From IMG/VR virus record IMGVR_UViG_3300029893_000001, positions 124,001 to 188,000 of that record: a stretch of 64,000 bases of DNA, one strand, 5' to 3'. The translations under genes and the position numbers were made by a program. Shown here one piece after another: positions 1-6,643 of the stretch. The notes under the pieces were generated by a model. It had not been told where the DNA came from. It saw only the letters and a list, made by a program, of their open reading frames with translations, and did no database searches. Numbering within the stretch: position 1 is the stretch's first letter; every line of letters begins with the position of its first letter.

Positions 1-923
1 ACCTTCCGCAGAACCGCGTAGACAGGACCACGAAGCGGATCTACAAAAGCCCGGATTTGCTTCGAAAGCTCCCAAAGCGCCTGAAACCGGGATTTCACGA
101 ATTCGATGAGAGCCTGTGGCTTCTGAATGAAGCCCTGAATAATGCCCTCTTGCATAGTCCTAATCATCAATTCGGCCTTCCGAATTGAGTACGCACTCAC
201 CTCGTCTGGCGCCTTCCCGTCTGCGATTTCCCCATGCGCGTCTACGTTCTGATAGATCGAAAGGGCGAGGTCCGTTACAATCGGCGTCACGTGAATCTCA
301 TACCCATCCACCGAATGACGCTTCACGAGTGTGTTGTAGTAGCTATCCAGAGCGTCAGTAACCAGGTACGCCAGATTCGTCAGATTCTGAGGAAGTGCCT
401 CCAACTCCAAAACAGCGCCCACGAACCGACTCACTGCTTCAGCGTTGAACTGAATCTCCACCATTGCACGCTGGAGATTATCGGGATCGAACAAGTCCCG
501 ATTACGGTCCTTCTTGGGACACAAGAGAAGCTCGCCGGGAGTCAGCCGTTCCACAGCCTCACGAATACGATGAATGCCGTCCTGCATGCCGCCCATGATT
601 GAAATCACAAGGCGAATGAAGTTGTTACCAGTCACCGCCGACAATTCCGAAAACGGATCGCTATCGAACTCCTGTGTCGATGCGAATGGATTCCGCCTGC
701 GCTGCGAGTTATGCAACTCTTCAGTAAGAGCCCTCCCCAACTGCTTGAGGGTGTGTACGTCATCGTCGAAATCATCGACGGTCTTATTGAGAACGATGCT
801 AATGTCCTCAAGCTGAGGGCCGAGTTCACCGTTCGTCAACAAGCCTTGCATCAGGTCTGCAAGAGCGTAAAAATCGGTGGGACGAATGTGGACCGTGCTC
901 GGATCTTTCAAGTTCTGAAGCAT
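1..923 (-). CDS. hypothetical protein, runs off the left edge of the window (>307 aa, MLQNLKDPSTVHIRPTDF...)
   Basis: Hand translation from the ATG at 923 stays open to position 1. Absent from the ORF track because no stop lies in the window. Confidence 0.75.
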   Translation of the reverse strand, partial: MLQNLKDPSTVHIRPTDFYALADLMQGLLTNGELGPQLEDISIVLNKTVDDFDDDVHTLKQLGRALTEELHNSQRRRNPFASTQEFDSDPFSELSAVTGNNFIRLVISIMGGMQDGIHRIREAVERLTPGELLLCPKKDRNRDLFDPDNLQRAMVEIQFNAEAVSRFVGAVLELEALPQNLTNLAYLVTDALDSYYNTLVKRHSVDGYEIHVTPIVTDLALSIYQNVDAHGEIADGKAPDEVSAYSIRKAELMIRTMQEGIIQGFIQKPQALIEFVKSRFQALWELSKQIRAFVDPLRGPVYAVLRK

Positions 924-967
924 TGAACCTAGCCTTCTTCTGAGTCTGAATTTTGAAGGACTGAAAA

Positions 968-1042
968 CGAGGGCGATGGGATTTGAACCCACGATCTCCG
1001 GCGTGACAGGCCGGTGTCCACTCCAGGCTGGACCGCGCCCCC
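968..1042 (-). tRNA. tRNA-Asp(GTC)
   Basis: Cloverleaf GGGGGCG/CGCCCTC, anticodon loop CTGTCAC, T-loop GGTTCAAATCC; no CCA encoded. Confidence 0.95.
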
Positions 1043-1280
1043 AGAACCGAGGAGTAGAAGCCCGCTGCCTAGGATGAGCGTCGCTCCTCGTGTAGTTGGA
1101 TTAGTCGGTTAGCCCCACACACGCTACCGACCACAGCTCCCCTACCATGGAGCTTTACCATCCTCACCAGCTCAAACAAAAGGCCGCATGCTGGATTGCG
1201 AATCCAGCCCTTCTATTTGAGTGCCAGCTATGGAACGTCTCTACATTCTACCGGCCGGATAGTGTAGAGTTCAAAACGAA

Positions 1281-1466
1281 GCGGTGACAGGTTTTCGACC
1301 GAGTCTTATGTGGCCTCTCTTACTGTGCCTAAAACATCGTAGGTTAACAGCAGTGAGCATGGGTGTTTTGTTACCTACGCACCCTGGCTAGTCCACCTTT
1401 CCGAAGAAAGGGAGGAACATCGCTGTCTTAGGGCCGTTAGTGTAGACCGCAGTCTGCATTCACCGC
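1281..1466 (-). ncRNA. Y RNA-like ncRNA (Ro-binding-type terminal stem plus a non-tRNA structured payload)
   Basis: GCGGTGA-ATGC-AGACTG(C)GGTCT-ACA ... AGACT-CGGTCG-AAAACCTG-TCACCGC, the same bulged stem as 2367-2430 and 2728-2876. Confidence 0.65.
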
Positions 1467-1477
1467 GAGATATGATC

Positions 1478-1628
1478 TCAGTCTTATAGGTAACTGCTGC
1501 TTTATGCGGGGAGCTTTCACGATTTGCCCTTGGCTTTCACGGTTGCCCGTAAACACGAGTCCAGCGCGCTAGACATGGTGCCGCTCCCTCACAAGGGCCG
1601 CCTAAAACATAGTTACCTATAAGACTGA
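1478..1628 (-). ncRNA. orphan structured RNA closed by a perfect 18-bp helix
   Basis: Inverted repeat 1478-1495/1611-1628; internal GCCCTTG/CAAGGGC and GGGAGC/GCTCCC pairings; GCAA tetraloop. Confidence 0.5.
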
Positions 1629-1637
1629 AACCAGATC

Positions 1638-1883
1638 TCAACCTTTCCTAACATGTATTTCAGCGTCGGCGTCACCATCTATTACGTGATAGTGGGTAAC
1701 AGCGGTCACACAGAACTTCTTAGGTTCATCCCGCTGGGGATGTGTTGCAGCCCCAGAGTTGGGGAGAACGACAAACTCACCCACACAAGGTACACGACTG
1801 AAACAGATAGGAACTGAATCCCACTTGCGTAAGCTTAGTTCGTCCTCAACAACAACCAAAATCTTAGCACCGATTTTACTCAT
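1638..1883 (-). CDS. hypothetical protein
   Basis: 81-aa ORF in the dominant orientation. Confidence 0.6.
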   Translation of the reverse strand: MSKIGAKILVVVEDELSLRKWDSVPICFSRVPCVGEFVVLPNSGAATHPQRDEPKKFCVTAVTHYHVIDGDADAEIHVRKG

Positions 1884-1900
1884 CCTGTTTGCTCTTTACA

Positions 1901-1973
1901 CTCCGACTCCTGGATTCGAACCAGGGACCCGCGAGTTAACAGCTCGCCGCTCTGACCGCTGAGCTAAGTCGGA
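1901..1973 (-). tRNA. tRNA-Asn(GTT)
   Basis: TCCGACT/AGTCGGA acceptor, CTGTTAA anticodon loop, GGTTCGAATCC. Confidence 0.95.
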
Positions 1974-2311
1974 ACAACACCTACTAAACCTGCATGAACT
2001 TCTGCATGACAATTTGAGCAGAGTAATACGCATTTGTCTAGTTCATCCTTCACCTTACTCCAAGCTCTGCACGCACCAACGGCAGAAACGCCAAAGTCCT
2101 TCTCCTCTGGGTCCAAGTGATGGAATACTAAGGCGCCGTAACAACGAGAATACCCACACAGTTGACATTTGCCTCCTTTGTAGGAAACTGCTCGTTCCTT
2201 ACGCCTTCTTCGAAAGAGAATGATATTACATCCACTGCACACTGTTCTGCGGTGGCCCTTCGCGCGATCGTATTCATATCTTCTACCACAATTCTTACAT
2301 GTGCTCGACAT
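1964..2311 (-). CDS. HNH endonuclease
   Basis: CxxC pairs, FHHLDP...CVLLCSNCHAEVH; stop codon lies inside tRNA-Asn. Confidence 0.85.
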   Translation of the reverse strand: MSSTCKNCGRRYEYDRAKGHRRTVCSGCNIILFRRRRKERAVSYKGGKCQLCGYSRCYGALVFHHLDPEEKDFGVSAVGACRAWSKVKDELDKCVLLCSNCHAEVHAGLVGVVPT

Positions 2312-2366
2312 GTAAGATAGGTAAGCTGCGGTTATCGACTGTTGATAACCGCTACCTCGGAAAAGT

Positions 2367-2430
2367 GCGGCGACAGGTTTACATCGAGAGGTTACAGTTT
2401 GCGGATGTACTCCCGAATGGCATTCGCCGC
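2367..2430 (-). ncRNA. minimal Y RNA-like ncRNA (stem only)
   Basis: GCGGCGA-ATGC-CAT(T)CGGGAG-TACAT ... CTCTCG-ATG-TAAACCTG-TCGCCGC; matches the GNCGAAN(0-1)G motif. Confidence 0.65.
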
Positions 2431-2437
2431 GAAAGTT

Positions 2438-2480
2438 GCCGGTGGGCAGGAGCGCTGGGTAGCGTCCTTTCCCTTCGACC
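2438..2480 (-). ncRNA. possible fourth minimal Y RNA-like hairpin
   Basis: GGTCGAAGGG-AA-AGGA-CGCT-ACCC-AGCG-C-TCCT-G-CCC-A-CCGGC; GTCGAAGG fits GNCGAANG. Confidence 0.35.
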
Positions 2481-2594
2481 GAAATCAGGCGTCCGGCACA
2501 CCTTGGGACTCGTCTTTAAAATAGACACAGGCAGCGCAAGTCATTCTGCGTCACACCCGCGCACGGGTGTCTGTGAATGGACGTAGTTCTTAAA

Positions 2595-2727
2595 TTTGTG
2601 GACTGCTGGGATACCACGGCCATCTACCCAACCAGCCCCTAGCAACCACTAGATGGTACGTACGTTATTACGCCCGCACGCTGGCGGAGGGAGTATTGTT
2701 GGAGGGAACTCCCACAGAACCCACAAA
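2595..2727 (-). ncRNA. orphan structured RNA
   Basis: Closing helix TTTGTGG..CTG.GGGA/TCCC.GCAG.CCACAAA; internal GGGAGT/ACTCCC and CCATCTA/TAGATGG helices. Confidence 0.4.
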
Positions 2728-2876
2728 GTGACGACAGGATTTGTCAGGGACGCTTTTGAGGTGCGACCGTATCACTACAGTTGTGTCTACCAATTTCCAC
2801 CACAGCAGCCAAGTGGCTGCTGACGGGATTCGAACCCGCATGCACTTGTATGTAGTCCCGTGACAGCATTCGTCAC
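2728..2876 (-). ncRNA. YrlA-type Y RNA (Ro-binding stem plus circularly permuted tRNA mimic)
   Basis: GTGACGA-ATGC-TGTCA(C)GGGAC-TACAT stem encloses a T-arm GCGGGTTCGAATCCCGT, a looped acceptor CAGCAGCCA/TGGCTGCTG and a D-arm TGGTGGAAATTGGTAGACAC, in T-acceptor-D order. Confidence 0.8.
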
Positions 2877-2917
2877 GAATTTGGCTTTCCGTATTCAGTT
2901 GTCAATCAACCACCCCT

Positions 2918-2933
2918 AGTATCGGGAGGGTTC
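2918..2933 (-). promoter_or_regulatory. phage promoter-like motif GAACCCTCCCGATACT
   Basis: 1 of 10 copies; directly upstream of the Y RNA-like cluster. Confidence 0.7.
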
Positions 2934-3094
2934 GACAACTGGGTCGGGGTCAGCCCAGCGTCCCCTGCCGCTCCATCAGCGAGCAGGCGCCCTCGCGGGA
3001 ATGGCAATTATATCCATTCCCGAGGACGGTATCGCTAATGCTGGCAGGCAGGAGTCGCATGAGAGACCGTAGCGTAGCACGTGCCACAAGGACG

Positions 3095-3946
3095 TCAAGC
3101 ACTTTTCTCTGGGCGCTCTACCAGCTCCCACGGAGGGTGGGGCGAGACGAACGCTGAGGCCCCTTGGTGACCACCCCCACCGAACATCTCTGCAAGTTTG
3201 GCAGCGTCGAAGTTTCCGTTGGATCGTACAGAGTACTTGAACGTCCCGTTCGAGCGCTGAAACCAGCCCACAGCAAAGTAATTCGCCGGGGCTAGTTCAT
3301 TCAAAAGTGAGCTGATATTGATCCCAGAGGCATTCACTACAGGGACGTCATGGTAGCCCGCAAACTTAGCAAGCCTCACATTCTTCTTGCAGTCTGTGAT
3401 TGCAATGCGCTCTGCCCGCAAAACTGCCTCACCAACCGTAAGTACCGATGTCATGTTGTTCTCGATCTGAGAAGCCAGCCATGACCACGTCTGAAAATCC
3501 CCAAGAGGATAACTAAAGATGGCAGCGCTGACGATGTGGGAATTTGGCATGGTCCAACGCCAAATGTCCCGATCTTCAACATAGTCAACGAGCAAAGGTC
3601 TCTTCTGGCCTGGATGAAAGAAATCCCACGCCATACCAGCGCCACTACGATTCATGTCAAAGAGACAGAAGTCCAGACCGTGGCATCTAGCCTCATTTGT
3701 CTTATGGTGATCGATGACGGTGAGCTTTCGAGCCCTGGCCGCGTAATCAACCAACTCGTTGCGAGTTGGACAATAGTCTATGATGTAGACTTCTCGTCCA
3801 TCCACGTCGAAGACATCTGTAGGCCAATAGTTCGCAGGGACATATTCCGCAGCGCCTCCGAACTTGCGCCATGCTGCCCACGCGGCAGTCCATCCGTCAG
3901 CGCAGTCACCGTGGTATACAACCAAAATGTTCTTACGATCAGTCAT
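3095..3946 (-). CDS. DHH/DHHA1 family phosphoesterase
   Basis: YHGDCADG, IID, DHH, SGA and GGGGH motifs. Confidence 0.9.
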   Translation of the reverse strand: MTDRKNILVVYHGDCADGWTAAWAAWRKFGGAAEYVPANYWPTDVFDVDGREVYIIDYCPTRNELVDYAARARKLTVIDHHKTNEARCHGLDFCLFDMNRSGAGMAWDFFHPGQKRPLLVDYVEDRDIWRWTMPNSHIVSAAIFSYPLGDFQTWSWLASQIENNMTSVLTVGEAVLRAERIAITDCKKNVRLAKFAGYHDVPVVNASGINISSLLNELAPANYFAVGWFQRSNGTFKYSVRSNGNFDAAKLAEMFGGGGHQGASAFVSPHPPWELVERPEKSA

Positions 3947-4266
3947 GAACGACTCGATTCCTTCGACTCCAACAACTCCTCAACGACGCACCATCCTTCT
4001 ACCCACGAGACGTACTCATTCCAGGAAAACCCAAGGAATTCGTGCAATGGCTTTGTACTATTTGAGTTGTGCCAAGCGTCGATGGCCGTATCAAGCACTT
4101 CGTCCAAATCTTGACCCTCGAACTCTCCAGCCAACGCACGAGTTACGAAGCTACGAGAGCTAAAGTCGACTCGCGGGCTCCGCACCACAAACATGAGAAG
4201 CTTGAGAACTCTAGGAGTAATCCAAGACAGCATGACGTCCTCTTTAAAAAGAGGCGAGGCCAGCAT
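3943..4266 (-). CDS. hypothetical protein
   Basis: ORF whose stop overlaps the DHH start (ATGA); start uncertain. Confidence 0.6.
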   Translation of the reverse strand: MLASPLFKEDVMLSWITPRVLKLLMFVVRSPRVDFSSRSFVTRALAGEFEGQDLDEVLDTAIDAWHNSNSTKPLHEFLGFSWNEYVSWVEGWCVVEELLESKESSRS

Positions 4267-4344
4267 AGCCTTGCCGGCCCCGCCGAGTTTTGCTGTATTC
4301 TATGAATACGGCATCCTGTCCATTCTATCACACCAACGGCGTTT

Positions 4345-4728
4345 AATCTCGTGTATTAGATCTGAGTGTCTGCGTCATTCTGTTAGACCACCTCTCCGCA
4401 CGTAGCTCAATCCAGGAGGGGATTAGGGGAGGGGTCAAGATTGAGCTACGTGCGGAAAGGGCTGGATTCGCACCAGCATTTCAGACATGTCATCACGAGA
4501 ATTCGAGATGGTGATCGGACAAGACCTCCAAACTTAGGGAATAGCCTCAGCTTTACGTCTAAGTCCGAAGTAGCGCTGCCTCTTCCAGTTGGGCTACCTC
4601 CCCATACTCAGCGGGGAAGGAAGGATTCGAACCTCCACTGTAGCGTCTTCAGATCAGTTTGATTCTGAGTTTGGTCCCTACGGAAATCCCAAGGGAAACC
4701 CGAGTACAAGTCGGAACCCCGGGGAACT
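4345..4728 (-). ncRNA. ncRNA with two circularly permuted tRNA-like domains
   Basis: Domain 1 at 4564-4653 and domain 2 at about 4345-4503, each in T-arm / closed acceptor / D-arm order; G-U pairs only work on the minus strand; own promoter motif at 4736-4751. Confidence 0.75.
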
Positions 4729-4735
4729 GTAACCT

Positions 4736-4751
4736 ACTATCGACAGGGTTC
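4736..4751 (-). promoter_or_regulatory. phage promoter-like motif GAACCCTGTCGATAGT
   Basis: Repeat motif between the 246-aa gene stop and the ncRNA. Confidence 0.7.
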
Positions 4752-4778
4752 GCTGCCCTCAATAGTAGGCGTTAGCTC

Positions 4779-5519
4779 TTACTGGTTGCTCTCAGCAAAC
4801 ACGTAGCCAAAAAGGCTATCAGCAATCTGCTCGCGACGAATCTCGTACGAGTTCGCCTCTTCTCGCGCAAACTTAACTGCGTTTTGAAGCTTCGCAATGC
4901 GGGCCAAAAGGTCGTCCTTGCGATCCTGCGTGAGGGCGGCGGAATAGTGAATCGTTTTCCAGTATCCAACGACCACATCTTCCGAGACCTCCTTCACCTG
5001 AGCGGGATGCTCCTTAGTTGCCTCATAGAGAACAACCGGCTTGATGGTCTTCTTTGTCTTCGCCGACTCAGAGGGCTGAGTGCGGTAAGCAGACTGCCCC
5101 GGATCCCAATCCCACGTTTGTGAAGGGTCAAGAACGGGAAGCTTCGACACGAAAGTGTGCAAGTCTACGAGCTGCTTCTCTAGAAAGAGCAAGTAGGTTA
5201 CCGGAACGTCGGACACAAGGACTTTTCCGTCTACAACGACGTTCGCAGTAGCCTTGAGGTTTGCCTTGTCCTTCGTGAAGGTGATGTCAAACATCTCGGC
5301 CAAACACGTCTGCACGTCATTCAGAACGTTCTTTGCACGTAGCTGAATCTTCTGCGACTCGGGAGGAAAGCGTTCGCCATCCTCGTTGGTTGGCGAGTAA
5401 GTACGCTCGCGTCCTTCATACAGAGAAGGTACCTGAGACTTCTTGTGGAGGTCGGTTAGAGACCGGTTCGAAGATGCCTTCACGCCCTTCTCAATTGCAA
5501 GGATCTGGTTGAGTTTCAT
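4779..5519 (-). CDS. conserved uncharacterised coiled-coil protein (MKLNQILAIEKGVK..; recalled as DUF7873-like)
   Basis: 246 aa, good RBS (GGAG), helical N- and C-termini around a beta-rich insert. The family name is from memory only. Confidence 0.8.
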   Translation of the reverse strand: MKLNQILAIEKGVKASSNRSLTDLHKKSQVPSLYEGRERTYSPTNEDGERFPPESQKIQLRAKNVLNDVQTCLAEMFDITFTKDKANLKATANVVVDGKVLVSDVPVTYLLFLEKQLVDLHTFVSKLPVLDPSQTWDWDPGQSAYRTQPSESAKTKKTIKPVVLYEATKEHPAQVKEVSEDVVVGYWKTIHYSAALTQDRKDDLLARIAKLQNAVKFAREEANSYEIRREQIADSLFGYVFAESNQ

Positions 5520-5633
5520 TTTCAGTCTCCTGGAACTTTAGCAAAAGAAGCAAGTGGCCACTCGAACACGTGAGTGGGCTTAGTGCCCAATTTGGGCAAA
5601 TTTCTACCCAAAGTGGGTAGGAATTTCTACAAG

Positions 5634-5705
5634 CACCCGCGGAGAGGATCGAACTCCCATCCCTGGTTCCGTAGACCAGTGCTCTATCCGTTGAGCTACG
5701 CGGGC
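5634..5705 (-). tRNA. tRNA-Arg(ACG)
   Basis: GCCCGCG/CGCGGGT acceptor, CTACGGA loop. Confidence 0.93.
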
Positions 5706-5848
5706 AACGCCGGGCAGGGGAATTGCGATCGAGCCCCTACCCCACACCAGAAACCCATCTCTGGCACGGTCCTGCGACCGTTTTTGACAGACGACCACCT
5801 TCTGTCGGGTTCTAAGAAGACAAGGAAGAAAGCTAGTTTAGTAAGAAC

Positions 5849-6142
5849 TCAGGAGTTGTCAACAACTCCGATGATCTCTTCCTCAGCGAGGACAAGATGC
5901 TTCTTGCCTCCAAGCTCAATTTCCGTCCCTGCATACTTTGGCAGAAGTACTACATCGCCTCTCTTAACGTGAGGTTCGATGAGTCTGCCATGTTCGGTCA
6001 CCCGACCTGGTCCTACAGCAACCACAGTGCCACGATTCGACTTTTCCTGTGCCATCTGCGGGATGATTAGACCGCTCTCTGTCCTTTCCTGAACTTCGCT
6101 GAGTAGAACAAGGACTCGATCGCCTAACGGACGAAAATTCAT
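5849..6142 (-). CDS. groES: co-chaperonin GroES
   Basis: PLGDRVLV, TESGLIIP, VVAVGPG, VKRGDVVL, KYAGTEI motifs. Confidence 0.97.
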   Translation of the reverse strand: MNFRPLGDRVLVLLSEVQERTESGLIIPQMAQEKSNRGTVVAVGPGRVTEHGRLIEPHVKRGDVVLLPKYAGTEIELGGKKHLVLAEEEIIGVVDNS

Positions 6143-6158
6143 GATATTCTCCTTTTAC

Positions 6159-6632
6159 CTACAACACTTCAGCGTAGGACTGACCACGCCTAATTCTACC
6201 AACGCAACTATGTGCGTGTCCAGTCTGCCGCGCAACTTCGCGATCAGAGAGACCGCGAGATAGTAACGCCCTAATTTTCCTAACCTCAGATGCGAGAAGC
6301 AATCTTCTTCTACTAGGCCGAGAGGATGACAAGGCCTTGTCTATCTGACGTTGCCGTCTCATTCCCATAAGAGGGTACAATCGCTGCATTAGATCAACGG
6401 CAGGAAAACCCTTGACAGTGAAGAAAAACACACGTTTCCATCTTGGGTTCTTCTTGTCCTGGTAGGACCCTACGGTCCCGTGCCCAACAATCAGCCGTAC
6501 CTTTTGTACCACATCTTCATCCGTCATTTGAACAGAAATGCGTGGAGAAGACGGATCGGAAGGAGGCCCCCTCAAAAATGAACCTTCTCCCTCAAGAAGG
6601 CCTGCCAACCAAGATAAATCAGTATCAGTCAT
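6159..6632 (-). CDS. LAGLIDADG homing endonuclease with C-terminal HTH
   Basis: WLAGLLEGEGSF, ISVQMTD, C-terminal GLSDREVARQTG. Confidence 0.85.
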   Translation of the reverse strand: MTDTDLSWLAGLLEGEGSFLRGPPSDPSSPRISVQMTDEDVVQKVRLIVGHGTVGSYQDKKNPRWKRVFFFTVKGFPAVDLMQRLYPLMGMRRQRQIDKALSSSRPSRRRLLLASEVRKIRALLSRGLSDREVARQTGHAHSCVGRIRRGQSYAEVL

Positions 6633-6643
6633 ATGGTGGGTAA

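Noticed and set aside
1-923. Ro60/TROVE gene next to the Y-like RNAs
   Set aside because: The translated N-terminal 307 aa show no TROVE motifs that I recognise. Left as hypothetical.
1500-1605. HDV-like/theta ribozyme
   Set aside because: The pseudoknot order is superficially similar, but the short L3, P1.1 and catalytic J4/2 are not recognisable, and it is not at a tRNA 3' end.
2780-2842. tRNA or tRNA pseudogene
   Set aside because: The arms are in T-acceptor-D order with a closed acceptor and no anticodon loop, inside a Y-type stem. It is a mimic, not a tRNA.
4575-4645. split or permuted functional tRNA gene
   Set aside because: No anticodon loop can be rebuilt because the anticodon-equivalent stem continues into flanking helices. 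Treated as an ncRNA domain, although processing cannot be fully excluded.
6159-6643. group I intron carrying the LAGLIDADG gene
   Set aside because: The tmRNA and groES are both intact and there is no room for an intron core, so the gene is free-standing.
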